A DNA stretch of 64,000 bases, from assembly GCA_965214705.1 (NCBI GenBank), contig OZ243972.1, positions 1,600,001 to 1,664,000 of the forward strand, written 5' to 3'. Every line of letters begins with the position of its first letter. The first letter of the stretch is position 1. Of the stretch, positions 39,709 through 49,756 are shown piece by piece. The notes under the pieces are model-generated. The model did no database searches. It had not been told where the DNA came from and saw nothing but the letters and a program-made list of their open reading frames with translations. The position numbers and the translations under genes are program-made. Source of the DNA: Alphaproteobacteria bacterium (GTDB lineage: Bacteria; Pseudomonadota; Alphaproteobacteria; UBA828).

Positions 39709-40250
39709 GAGTTGTCCTCTCGTCACGGTCCTGCCGCACGCTCCAGGATCGAGAACATCGCGTCGATGCCCGACGCCATGACCACGGCCACAACGATCAG
39801 CAGGGTCCCGTTCAGCATCGCCGCGCGGGCGCGCAGCAGCGCCTCCGAACGCCCGACCCAGCGCTCCACGAAGCGCGCGAGCTTCCGCTCCCATCCCTGC
39901 GCCCCGTCGAGCGCCGCCACCACCGGCACCAGCGAAGGGTCCGGGAAGCCGTGTCCGGCCAGCACCATGCTCCGCCCGAGACCCGCGCCCCGCGCCATGA
40001 ACCCCTGAATCGATCCGATCCGGTGGCGAACGTAGGGCGAGGCCGCGCGCTTCAACGCCTCGAAGGCGCGGTCGTTCACGTCGATGCCTGCCACCAGGAA
40101 CTCCATCACCACGAACAGGAACGCCGAGCCGGAGAGGGTCCGGTAGAGCGAAAAGGGAGCGATACGGTCGAGCAGGACCCGCCCCGGCCCGGTCCAGGCC
40201 ACTACCGCCCAGCCCGTGACGGCCATGAGGCCCGCGAGGATCGCACCGAA

Positions 40251-42346
40251 CCCATCTTTGCCACTTTTCGGTCCCGAAGGCCTGATTTTGGGTAGCCTTT
40301 GGGATCTAAGGCACTGATTTTGTTGGATTGTGTTTTGGGAAGTCCATTGTAGTGCCATAATCTTTGGTCTGTGGGCCGGCGCTCCTTGACAGTCCGCAAA
40401 CTGTCCGTGACCCTGCCGCCATGTTCATTCGCAAAACCCTCACCGGTCGCGGAGACGGTGGCGAGCGCTATGCCACCTACCGCCTCGTGCGCAGCGAACG
40501 CATCGGCGGAAGGGTGCGCCAGGTCACGCTCCTCAATCTCGGCGCCGACTTCGGTGTGCCCGAGGAGCAATGGCGCGAATTGGCGCTTCTGATCGAAACC
40601 CTTCTCGCCGGCAGCGAGCCGCTGCTGGAGCCGGATGCCGCCTTGCGCCCCGTCGCCGAGGACGTCGTACGGCGGCTTCACGCCCGCGATCTCGGCGCGT
40701 CGCGGCCCGGGGACGAGAGCGACCTGGCCACGGTCCGTCTCGATAGCCTCTCCCACGAACAGGTCCGCTCGGTGGGCTGCGAGCGCCTGGCTCTCGCCGC
40801 GCTTGACGACCTTCGCTTCATCGAGACGCTGGAGAGGCTGGGCGCAAGTGAGCGCGACGCACGCATCGCGGCGGCACTGGTGGTCGCGCGCATGATCCAT
40901 CCCTCCAGCGAGCGCGAGGCCTTCCGCTGGCTGAGCGCGAACAGCGCGACCCTGGAGTTGCTCGATGTCGACAGCGGCAAGTCGCTCACGCTCAGCAAGC
41001 TCTACCGCATCGGCGACCTCTTGTGGCGTCACCGCGCGGCGCTTGAAGAGGCGCTGTGCGCCCGGGAGCGCGATCTCTTCGGCATCCCCGACACCATCGT
41101 CTTCTTCGACCTGACCAACACCCATATGACCGGACGGCCCAGCTCCGCGCTGGCCCGCTTCGGGCGCTCGAAGCAGAGGCGTGACGATTGTCCGATCGTG
41201 ACCCTGGCCCTGTCGCTGAACCAGGCCGGCTTTCCGCAGCACAGCGAGATCCTGCCCGGCAACATCTCCGAGCCGGCCACTCTCGCCGACGCCATCGGGC
41301 GGCTGGAATGCCAAGCGCGCGGCAGCAACGCCCCCAGGCCCACGGTCATCATGGACGCCGGCATCTCCACCGAGGCCAACCTCGCCTGGCTGCGGGCGGG
41401 CGGCTATCACTGGATCACCGTTCGCCGCGGCGTCTCGGCGCCGCCCGGGCGCGAAGCCGATGCCGCCTTCGAAACCCGGGCCGGCCACGATGCCCGCGCC
41501 TGGCGTCTCGCGGCAGGGGACGACGAAGCGCACCTGTGCGTCTGGAGCCATGAGCGCCAGCAGAAGGACGAGGCCGTGCTCGCCCGTCAGCGTCACAACT
41601 TCGAGGACGCCCTGCGCGCCCTGCATGGCGGGCTGTCGAAGAAGAACCACATCAAGCAGTTCACCAAGGTGATGGAGAAGCTGGGCCGGCTGAAGGAAAG
41701 GTACAGGCGCGTCCACCGTCAGTACGACATCGAGGTCGAGCCCGGAGAGAAGGGGCGGGCCAGTGCGGTCCGCTGGAGGCGCAACGCTCTCCATGCCGAG
41801 CGCGACCGCCAAGCGGGCATCTATGTGCTGCGCACCAGCCACGTCGAGTGGGATCTTGAAACCGTGGTCCGAACCTACTGGAAGCTCACAGAGCTCGAGG
41901 CCACCTTCCGCAGCCTGAAATCCGAAATCGGCCTGCGCCCGGTCTGGCACTCCAAGACCTCGCGCATCGCCGCCCACCTGTTCATCGCCGTCCTCGCCTA
42001 CCACGCGGTTCATCTGCTGCGAACCCGTCTGGCGGCGCACGGCTTGCATGACCGCTGGAGTACGATCCGCGACAAGCTCGCGGGCTGGGTGCGTCTCACC
42101 TCCACCATCCGGGAGGTGGACGGAAACCGCATCGTCATCCGCCAGGATGCTCAACCCGACGCCGAGGCGCGCGTCATCGCGCAGGCGGCGGGCCTCACGG
42201 TGGATCCCCACAGGCGCCGGGCGGTGCTCCCGGGAGTGTCGCGATGAGCGCACAAACGTAGTGCCATAATCCCAGATGGGCCAGAAAATCAGCCCATCAT
42301 CGCAACTACTTAGGTCGCAGGCGCGCGCCAAAATGGCAAAGATGGG
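40251..42346 (+). mobile_element. IS1634-family element (copy B, diverged from A)
   Basis: 13-bp TIRs CCCATCTTTGCCA / TGGCAAAGATGGG; 4-bp TSD CGAA at 40247-40250 and 42347-42350. Confidence 0.92.
40421..42247 (+). CDS. IS1634-family DDE transposase
   Basis: MFIRKT, FDLTN, FGRSKQRRDD, IMDAG and LEATFRSLKSEIGLRPVWH. Confidence 0.92.
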   Translation: MFIRKTLTGRGDGGERYATYRLVRSERIGGRVRQVTLLNLGADFGVPEEQWRELALLIETLLAGSEPLLEPDAALRPVAEDVVRRLHARDLGASRPGDESDLATVRLDSLSHEQVRSVGCERLALAALDDLRFIETLERLGASERDARIAAALVVARMIHPSSEREAFRWLSANSATLELLDVDSGKSLTLSKLYRIGDLLWRHRAALEEALCARERDLFGIPDTIVFFDLTNTHMTGRPSSALARFGRSKQRRDDCPIVTLALSLNQAGFPQHSEILPGNISEPATLADAIGRLECQARGSNAPRPTVIMDAGISTEANLAWLRAGGYHWITVRRGVSAPPGREADAAFETRAGHDARAWRLAAGDDEAHLCVWSHERQQKDEAVLARQRHNFEDALRALHGGLSKKNHIKQFTKVMEKLGRLKERYRRVHRQYDIEVEPGEKGRASAVRWRRNALHAERDRQAGIYVLRTSHVEWDLETVVRTYWKLTELEATFRSLKSEIGLRPVWHSKTSRIAAHLFIAVLAYHAVHLLRTRLAAHGLHDRWSTIRDKLAGWVRLTSTIREVDGNRIVIRQDAQPDAEARVIAQAAGLTVDPHRRRAVLPGVSR

Positions 42347-42868
42347 CGAACAGAATGCTGTTGCCGTAGAGCCAGAGGCAGACGCTGCGGAACACCTGTG
42401 CGCCCATGCTCCACTGCTCGGGCGGACTCACGGTCTCGATCACGGGAATGAAGTGGCCGCCCGCAGCCCAGAGCATCAGCACCAGACCCGCCGCCAGCAC
42501 CAGCGGCACGGCCAGCGCCTTCCACACCGCATTCAGCTGCCGCTCGCGCATCTCGGCCACCCGCGCGGCCGCGGCGAACAGCACACCGGCGTCAACCTTC
42601 CCGTAGGCGTGGAAGATCATCGCCTCGGAGGCCGGCAGCGCGTCAGCCGCGGTCTCGGCGAAGCGGTCCTCCAGCAGCGCCCGCCGCCACGAGCGGATCA
42701 CGCCTGCCCGCATGCTCTGGCCCTGCTCCTTCGCCGCCTGGGCCGCGACGCTCAGCGCGCGTTCCAGCGAGAACCCCGCTTCGAGCAGATCGGCGATCAT
42801 GCGAAAGACGTCCACCCGTGCCTTGCGCCCAAGCACCAGCCCCGCCGCCAGCCGTTGCACGAGCCCGG

Positions 42869-44575
42869 TCATGCCAAAGCCTCGCGGTCGTCCCGGATCG
42901 TTGCCGGATCGATCGAAGACGCCTGGTCGACCCGTGCCCCCTTGCGCAGCGCATCGAAAGGGTCGGCCTTGCCCGCCGCCACCAGCGCCCAGATGCGCTC
43001 GCCGATGGGCCTGCCGCCCATGTTGTCGAGCCAATGCTCCCAGGCCCCTGCCGGGTCGCGCTGGCGCACGAACGAGAGATACGCTGCGTCCGGGCGGATG
43101 GCCTCGGCGATCGCCGTCTGGCGCGCATAGCCGTTCCAGGCCTTGCCTGCGACGGCGGAACGCGGGAATCCCCCGGCCCGCCCCGGCACCGCGCTCGGCT
43201 CATCGCGCTTGCAGGCCTCGCAACCCTCCGGGTTGCGAAAGCGCACCAGGGGCCAGTCGCCGAGATGCCGCGCCAGCCACGCCGGCACAGGGGAACGCCC
43301 TGACACAGGCGAATCACCTGCTGCCGTGCCTCCGCCCGCCGGCCTTTCGAGCGCGCATGCCTCGCACAGCCTGGACAGCAGGGTCTGCTTCATCAGCAGC
43401 TCGATGTTGCCGGGCTTGCACACCTCGGCCGTGCCCACCCCCATGTCTAACAACCGAAAGAGGATGGCGTTGGCGGAGTGGACGTGGATCGTGGTCCACA
43501 CCTGGTGGCCGGTGTCGATGAACTGCAGCACCTGGCGGGCCGCATCGGCGTCCCTGATCTCCGAGACCATGCCCGAGGCGGGATGCACCCGGCAGAAGTG
43601 CATCAGCGCGTCCCTGAAGTGTTTGCCGCGCTCCTCGCCGGAGCCCGTGGTCGGCACTGCGATCTGCACCGCGCCAGGAATGGGGTACTCCACCGGATCC
43701 TCGATGGTGACCACGTTGAGCTGGCCTTGCGCTTCCTCCATCTGCAGCGCGAGGTTGGTGGCCAGCGTGGTGGACTTGCCGTCCCCCGCCGTGCCGCCCA
43801 GGAAGATGCCGCCTCTCAGCGACATGCGGATCTCGGAGAAGACCGCCGCCTCCTCCGCAGAGAATCCGAGGCTCTCCAGGGTCGTGCCTTTCTCAATGCG
43901 GTCGCGGTAGAAGAGGCGGGCGAAGAGGTGGTCCCCGTCGGGCTCGTGCGGGCCGCGCTGGCAGCGCAGCGCCGAGACCGTTGCGGGCAGCGGCACCTGG
44001 CCGCCGGCACGGACGGAGAACCCCTGGAAGGCGCTTCGCTGGTACGAGGTCTGGGCCGATCCCTCGTCCTTGCAGTGGAACAGGAACCCCATGGCCTCGC
44101 GGCCCTCGTCGGCCGGCAGGGGATCCGCCAGCTGGAGCTTTCGGTCGTTGACGATGGCGTGGACCCGGCAGAAGCCGCCATCGTTCTCGAACACGACGTC
44201 GCTGGCCCTGGCCGCCGCCGCCTCCTCGAACAGCATGCGCACCTTGCGCGCCGCCGGCGCCTCGCCGCTTTCCTCGAGATCGGCTGTCCGCCAGCATTCC
44301 GCGATCTCCTCGAGGCTGGCCGTCCGTTCGATCAGCCGCCCCGGCGCGCTACCGTGCCAGGAAGTTCCCTTGTCGCGGCGCAGCGCCAGAAGGGCCGCCC
44401 GCAATCGGCGATCGCTCTCGTAGCCTTCCGCGATCAGGCAGCGCCCGTCGGCATGGACCGCGCAGACGCGGCGCACCCACTCGTCCATGGCCGGATGGCG
44501 GATCAGAGCGCCGCTCCCCTCCGCGAGTGGAGGGCGGGAGCCCAGCTTCAGCCACGATGCCGCGGAACGATTCAC
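42869..44575 (-). CDS. pilQ: Type IV pilus assembly ATPase (PilQ/GspE family)
   Basis: ASDV, GTAGDGKST, TIEDPVEY, SEIRD, TGHQVWTTIH and CEAC...CEAC Zn motifs. Confidence 0.92.
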   Translation of the reverse strand: MNRSAASWLKLGSRPPLAEGSGALIRHPAMDEWVRRVCAVHADGRCLIAEGYESDRRLRAALLALRRDKGTSWHGSAPGRLIERTASLEEIAECWRTADLEESGEAPAARKVRMLFEEAAAARASDVVFENDGGFCRVHAIVNDRKLQLADPLPADEGREAMGFLFHCKDEGSAQTSYQRSAFQGFSVRAGGQVPLPATVSALRCQRGPHEPDGDHLFARLFYRDRIEKGTTLESLGFSAEEAAVFSEIRMSLRGGIFLGGTAGDGKSTTLATNLALQMEEAQGQLNVVTIEDPVEYPIPGAVQIAVPTTGSGEERGKHFRDALMHFCRVHPASGMVSEIRDADAARQVLQFIDTGHQVWTTIHVHSANAILFRLLDMGVGTAEVCKPGNIELLMKQTLLSRLCEACALERPAGGGTAAGDSPVSGRSPVPAWLARHLGDWPLVRFRNPEGCEACKRDEPSAVPGRAGGFPRSAVAGKAWNGYARQTAIAEAIRPDAAYLSFVRQRDPAGAWEHWLDNMGGRPIGERIWALVAAGKADPFDALRKGARVDQASSIDPATIRDDREALA

Positions 44576-45609
44576 CGTTCCTCTCCCGCACGGATTGCGT
44601 CGGCAGGCCGCACGCGGTACGGCAGCGACGCTTCCCCGGCGCCTCCAGCCAGCACGTCCCTTTGGGCGGCGACACCCCCTTGGGTGGTCACACCCCTTCG
44701 GGTGGTTACACCCCTTCGGGTGGTTACACCGGGGGGTCTCGCCGTGATCTCCTCGATGAGCACCGCGCCGGGGAGGCGGTCTCCCTCCCGCACGAACCAG
44801 ATGAGCTCACCGTCGCTGACGCCGGCCTGCAGCGCGCCTGCCATGCCGATGATCGAGAACCACGAATAGTCCGGAGGCGTCGCCGCGGGCGCCGGCTCGT
44901 GCTTCGGCGACGCCGCCTGCGATGAAGCACCGCTACCCTCTTCGGGCATAGGCATCCGCCTGACCACGCGGACGGGCGCGGACTCCTTAACTATAGGGAG
45001 ACTGGCGACGCCTGCCGCCGCGCCCCGGATCCCGGCAGCGTCGCCGCGCCATTCGCCGAGCAGCGCCCTGAGCTCGCCCTCCAGCGTCACGATGCCGGTG
45101 ACGATTTCCTGGCGCTCGCGGCAGAGCGCCAGAGTCTCGCGCTCGATCGCCAGCGCCGAGACGGCGTCGTCGGTCTCCACCGCGCCCGTGAGCAGCTTAT
45201 TCAGCAACTCTCGGGGGCAGCCATGCAAGACAGGGGAACGCCCTGCTGCAGGGGAATGCTCAGGAACGCCGCTAACCGCTCCACCGGCCGCGCCCGCACT
45301 GCGTTCCGAAGACCGGGCCACCGTCGTCGACGGCCGGACCGAAGCCGGCTGACCGCCACGCCCACTCAGGCTCCGTAGCAGGCGGCTGAGCGGCCGTGCT
45401 TCCGCTCCTGCATTCATCCCGACACCCGAACGCACCTCTGCCGGACCTTCCTCCCCGCCGGCGCCCTCGGGCACCCCCGCAACCGTGTCGGCGATCTCCA
45501 TCACCGCATCGGGCAGGGGAGCAGGTTCGCCGGCAGCGGGGGAATCGCCCGCCAGCGCCGCGACCAGAATGACCGCGAGGGAAGCCGGACTGCGAACCGG
45601 GGTCTTCAT
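44572..45609 (-). CDS. pilP: PilP-like type IVb pilus protein
   Basis: Signal peptide, coiled coil, C-terminal SIIG...VREGDRLPGAVLIEEI..GV; directly upstream of pilQ. Confidence 0.65.
   Translation of the reverse strand: MKTPVRSPASLAVILVAALAGDSPAAGEPAPLPDAVMEIADTVAGVPEGAGGEEGPAEVRSGVGMNAGAEARPLSRLLRSLSGRGGQPASVRPSTTVARSSERSAGAAGGAVSGVPEHSPAAGRSPVLHGCPRELLNKLLTGAVETDDAVSALAIERETLALCRERQEIVTGIVTLEGELRALLGEWRGDAAGIRGAAAGVASLPIVKESAPVRVVRRMPMPEEGSGASSQAASPKHEPAPAATPPDYSWFSIIGMAGALQAGVSDGELIWFVREGDRLPGAVLIEEITARPPGVTTRRGVTTRRGVTTQGGVAAQRDVLAGGAGEASLPYRVRPADAIRAGEER
44654..44730. repeat. 18-bp tandem hairpin repeat ACACCCCTTCGGGTGGTT (about 4 copies)
   Basis: Units at 44654 (degenerate), 44672, 44690 and 44708; encodes GVTTRR repeats. 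Confidence 0.92.
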
Positions 45610-45616
45610 TGCCCGC

Positions 45617-46858
45617 TCACTCCGCCTCCCTCCCGGTGCCGGGAACGTCAGCATTCATGCCGACGAACCCGGCCAGGGCCCGCCAGGGATACGCGCTGGT
45701 CTCGGGGATGCCGTCGAGTGCAACGTGAAGGTGGCCGCGCGACCACCACCAGCGGCCGCCCACGTCTCCGTCCACGGCGGCCGCCGACAGCGCGCCGCCT
45801 CCGCGGAAACGCACCGCGAACTCGCCGTGCCCGCCGAAGGGAAGAAGAACCGTGTCCTGCGCAGCGACGAGCCGGTCCGTCAGCAGAAAAGCCGCATGCC
45901 GCTCGCCCGTCGGGCGCAGCGGGAAGGGATCGCCTACCCGGTAGTCCTGCCGGCGCGGCAGACGCTCCCACTGCACGGAGATGCCGGCTCCGTCCGCCGC
46001 GGGCATCAGCGCCGCGGTGTCCGCCACCGCGCCGTCCGCATCCAACCGCCAGAGCTCGTCCCGCTCTGGCCCGAGCGCCAGCACCAGGCGCACCCCCGCC
46101 GGACTCTCAAGCACGAATCCGTCGTTGGCCATGAGGAAATGCGCGAGCTCGTCCCCCGTCACTGTCGGCGCGCCCGCCGCCAGCGCCAGTCCCGTGGAGC
46201 CCGGCGCCCGTAGCTCGGGACCCTGGACAGGAAAACTCCCTTGTCCAGGGGAAGGACGCGGCGCGGCGCGGAGCGCCGCCTCCGGGTCCTGCGCGACGGC
46301 CTCCTCCATGACCGTCGCGGTTTGCTTCTCGTTGACCGCAAGCCCCGCCGGAAGCTCGAGATCCGGACAAGCCTCCTTCAGCGCGCGCGGCCAGCTCTCC
46401 TGTACCCAGCCGAGCGAAAGAACGACCCAGTTACCCGCTGCGACACTTTCGCTGTGCAGCCGCCCGGTGCCGGGGTCGTAGAAGATGGGCACATGGCCCT
46501 TCTCGTTGCCCGGATCGGGCTCGCTGCCGGCCTTCTGGTAGTTGTAGAGGGCCCGGAAGCGGGGAGAGGGGACCACCCTCCAGCGACCCTCTCCGGTCTG
46601 CCAGGTATCGTCGAAATGAAAGCACGCGCGCGCGCTTCCGTCCGCCGCGTGATGAACGCCCCAGACCAAGCCCCGGTCCCCGGCCCGCGACGAGTTCGGT
46701 CGCTCGTAGAGCCAGACCCGGTCCGACAGCAGCCCGGCGAAGAACGTTGCGTCGTGGGAGCTGTAGTTGGCGGGCCCGGCCACAGTCGTGCCGCCGCCTG
46801 CGGCGGCCGCCACTACGATTGCGGCGAGGGCGCCCTCGATGATCCTTCGGATCCTCAT
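45617..46858 (-). CDS. Hypothetical secreted, Trp-rich protein (413 aa)
   Basis: ATGA overlap with the upstream gene; signal peptide MRIRRIIEGALAAIVVAAAAG. Confidence 0.75.
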   Translation of the reverse strand: MRIRRIIEGALAAIVVAAAAGGGTTVAGPANYSSHDATFFAGLLSDRVWLYERPNSSRAGDRGLVWGVHHAADGSARACFHFDDTWQTGEGRWRVVPSPRFRALYNYQKAGSEPDPGNEKGHVPIFYDPGTGRLHSESVAAGNWVVLSLGWVQESWPRALKEACPDLELPAGLAVNEKQTATVMEEAVAQDPEAALRAAPRPSPGQGSFPVQGPELRAPGSTGLALAAGAPTVTGDELAHFLMANDGFVLESPAGVRLVLALGPERDELWRLDADGAVADTAALMPAADGAGISVQWERLPRRQDYRVGDPFPLRPTGERHAAFLLTDRLVAAQDTVLLPFGGHGEFAVRFRGGGALSAAAVDGDVGGRWWWSRGHLHVALDGIPETSAYPWRALAGFVGMNADVPGTGREAE

Positions 46859-48486
46859 GAGGCGGCTGCCGACGCAGCTGCGAGCCAGCGCCCCTCGAGC
46901 CGCCGCACCATATCCACGTAGATGTCGAAAGCCCGGTCGTTCTCGCCCACGCCGATCGAAGCGACCGCAGCTTCCACCCGCGCGCGGATCCACGCCCACT
47001 CGGCGTGGTCGCGGGGAATCGCGGCCACGATCCGGGGTGCGATCTCGTAGTAGCGCTCGACCAGCGCACGCCTCTCCGGGGTCTTCTGCATGTAGCCGTC
47101 CCGGAACGTGCGGAGCGCCGTCAGCGTCGGGCCGTCGTCGGCCTCGATGCCGCGATGGCCCACCACCGCCTCGGTGAGGAAGCAGCCGCCACCGTCTCCG
47201 CCGCCTGCGCCGGGACCGACCCCCGGTCCCGAGCAGGTGCCCTCGCCCGGACCATCGCCGCCGCCGTCTGAGCCATCGCCGGGCGTACCGCACGCCCCGT
47301 CGCCCGGGCCGGTCCCGATGCCGGTCGGGCCGCCCGGTGTGAACTTGTCGATGTGGATGATGGGGCGCACCACCCGCTGGCACCCGCCCTCATCGGCGAT
47401 CCAGCTGCCGGGGATGTCCTGTACGGTCGGCTGCGCATCCCAGGGCCAGAGCGTGGAGCGCTCCGTCACCGTCCGCGTCAGCACCGCCGTGCCGCTGTGC
47501 CCCGGCGGACAGGCGCCCGTCGTGGACTCCGTCCGCACTGTCTCCGATATCTCGGCCTCGGGCAGCGCCGGCGTCCGACCTTCCCAGCAGCTCGTCGAGA
47601 CAAACTCGGGCGTCCCCCACTCGGTGCCGTCTGCCGTTACCGTCTTCTCGCGCCGCCAGATCTCCTGCCCGGTCATCTCCCGGTCATGAGGCGGGCCCGC
47701 GAACCAGCTGCACTCCAGCGTGTAGTGCTCCCACTCCGTGTAATCGTCGCGACAGTCGTCGATCAGCACCTGCCAGGGGCCCTCGACGGGATTGCCAACC
47801 GGATCGCCGCGCCCGTCGTGCTCCTGGCGCACCTCGCGCGTCATGGTGCGTCCGTCGCCATGGGTTCCGGTCGGACAAGTCTCCACCGTGCGCTCGTGGG
47901 AGACTCGCTCGCTGAGCCGGAGGTGCGGGTCCCGCACCGTGCCCGCGAGCGCCACCCGCCCGGAGAGAAGGGGGCCGCCGAAAGAGGCATCCGACAAACA
48001 GGCGGGCAGGCTGACTGAGGCCCGCCCCGCCGTGCCCGTGGCCGAGTCTCCTTCCAGCCAGTGGAGCGCCGCGAGCTCCCCCGGCGCGTAGAGGTGCGGC
48101 GCCACCTGCACCGAACGCTGGTCGCGCCCCACCCCCTTGAGCTCCGCAGGCTCCATGTAGACCAGAAGCGTGTCGTCGCAGTAGCGCGCCCGCACGCCCC
48201 GCCCCGTCCAGGCAGCCAGCCAGCCCGTCGCCGCCGGCGGGATCGAGCCCGTCCAGACCGTCGCCGCGGCAGAGCGGCGCAGAATATGGCCTTCCAGCCG
48301 CCGCCAGGCTTCGGAGATGGCCCTCGCATGGGCCAGCGCCTCCTGGCGATAGACCCGCTCGGCCTCCAATTCCTGCGCTGCCACAGGCGATGCCGCCGGA
48401 ATACCGGCAGGCACGACCGCGGCGGCCATGGCCAGCGCGCTCGCACCGGCCATGATGCGGGCGCGCAAACGTTGTCCTCTACCCAT
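46855..48486 (-). CDS. Secreted Cys-rich adhesin-like protein with C-terminal CFI-box-CTERM-like domain
   Basis: Signal peptide, CPxG repeats, Gly-rich linker and GGCFLTEA...LTALRTFRD...VERYYEIAPRIV. Confidence 0.78.
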   Translation of the reverse strand: MGRGQRLRARIMAGASALAMAAAVVPAGIPAASPVAAQELEAERVYRQEALAHARAISEAWRRLEGHILRRSAAATVWTGSIPPAATGWLAAWTGRGVRARYCDDTLLVYMEPAELKGVGRDQRSVQVAPHLYAPGELAALHWLEGDSATGTAGRASVSLPACLSDASFGGPLLSGRVALAGTVRDPHLRLSERVSHERTVETCPTGTHGDGRTMTREVRQEHDGRGDPVGNPVEGPWQVLIDDCRDDYTEWEHYTLECSWFAGPPHDREMTGQEIWRREKTVTADGTEWGTPEFVSTSCWEGRTPALPEAEISETVRTESTTGACPPGHSGTAVLTRTVTERSTLWPWDAQPTVQDIPGSWIADEGGCQRVVRPIIHIDKFTPGGPTGIGTGPGDGACGTPGDGSDGGGDGPGEGTCSGPGVGPGAGGGDGGGCFLTEAVVGHRGIEADDGPTLTALRTFRDGYMQKTPERRALVERYYEIAPRIVAAIPRDHAEWAWIRARVEAAVASIGVGENDRAFDIYVDMVRRLEGRWLAAASAAAS

Positions 48487-49756
48487 GATCCGAACTCCCT
48501 GTCTCCGAATGTGTGGCTGGCTGCGCCGCTGACGTAGTCGCTGGCCCTGCCAGTTCCTCGAAGCGCTCGCGCGGCATCGCCACCGGCGACACCCGGCGCC
48601 CTTCCAGCCGCCACTCGCCGGCGGCGCCCTGCCAAAGCCGCACCAGCTCCAGCCCCGGCACGGCGGCCACGGCGTCGGCAAGCCACGCCGGCGGGCGCAG
48701 CGTCGCGATGATCACCTCGATCCCGTCCGCACTCTGCGACGGGTATTCCAGGCGGCCGCCGTGCGTCCCGAAGTTGCGGTCCACCGCCTCGCGGAACTCC
48801 AGCAACGATGGAGGGGCGGCGTCGGAAAGCCACAGCACGGGCTCGAGCGGCGCCACCGCCCAGGCCCGCGTCCCGGTGACCGAGGCCGCGTACCATGCCG
48901 ACAGATGCGCCTCGGCGATGCGCCGGTGCGGCGGCGCCAGGCGTCCCGTCTCGAGCCGCCAGCGCACCACCAGCACGGCGCGGCCCTCCAATTCCGGGCG
49001 GGCAGCGGCAAGCGCAGGGTCGTCGAAGCGCCCCTCGCAGGAGACCCGCTCCGTGCGCCATGCCGGCAGGTACGGCGGACGGTCTTCCAGCGCCCGCCGG
49101 CAGCCCGCGATCAGTGCGCCCGGGTCCAGCGCCGCCGACACCGGCGGCTCCACCGGAACTTCGGTCTCCGCCACAGGCTCGGGGCCCGTGACCAGACGCC
49201 ACAGGCTCTCGCGGTACGACCACACAAGGGCCACGACCGCGACGCCCCCAGCCACGGCAAGCACCCGCGCGACGTTGGGCAGCTTCAGCCCGGCCAGAGG
49301 CGCGGCCACAAGCCGCATCGCGGGGTCGTCGGCGAGGGCCAACGGATCGATCTCGGAGACCCCTCCTTCGATCAGGCCCGGCGTCGCGTACAGCTCCCAG
49401 CCCACGTCACGGGACCGTTCGAACGCTTCCAGCGCCGAGGCCCGGTCGGGGAACACCTCGTCGCCGTCCGCCAGGAAGGCGCCGTCGCGCGCCTTCACCA
49501 GGGCCAGGCGCCCGTCGTCCGCCTCGACCAGCGCCATCCAGAACGGCGCGCCGATATGCACCTGCAACGACGCCGCGAGGCTCGGGCAGCCTTGCGGGTC
49601 CTCTTCGTCCGCCGCGTAGCCGGTCTGCTCGCCCCGGTGCACGTGCCACGGCCGGCCGAAGGATCGCGCGTTCCGCGCCACCGTGGCCGCGCCGCCCCGC
49701 TCCAGCCAGTAGAGCCCGGCCGCGAAGCGCCGCCCGCTCACGGTCACCACGCTCAC
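48479..49756 (-). CDS. pilO: Type IVb pilus protein PilO
   Basis: GRRFAAGLYW, SLAASL and DGAFLADGD plus a central TM; GTGA overlap with pilN. Confidence 0.82.
   Translation of the reverse strand: MSVVTVSGRRFAAGLYWLERGGAATVARNARSFGRPWHVHRGEQTGYAADEEDPQGCPSLAASLQVHIGAPFWMALVEADDGRLALVKARDGAFLADGDEVFPDRASALEAFERSRDVGWELYATPGLIEGGVSEIDPLALADDPAMRLVAAPLAGLKLPNVARVLAVAGGVAVVALVWSYRESLWRLVTGPEPVAETEVPVEPPVSAALDPGALIAGCRRALEDRPPYLPAWRTERVSCEGRFDDPALAAARPELEGRAVLVVRWRLETGRLAPPHRRIAEAHLSAWYAASVTGTRAWAVAPLEPVLWLSDAAPPSLLEFREAVDRNFGTHGGRLEYPSQSADGIEVIIATLRPPAWLADAVAAVPGLELVRLWQGAAGEWRLEGRRVSPVAMPRERFEELAGPATTSAAQPATHSETGSSDHG

Larger units (their letters stand above)
39723..42872 (-). pseudogene. pilR: PilR/GspF-family inner-membrane platform protein interrupted by IS1634
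   Basis: Removing the IS joins YGNSILF to GAILAGLM in frame; RVLLDRIAPFSLYR and ASPYVRHRI...GHGFPD motifs. Confidence 0.88.
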
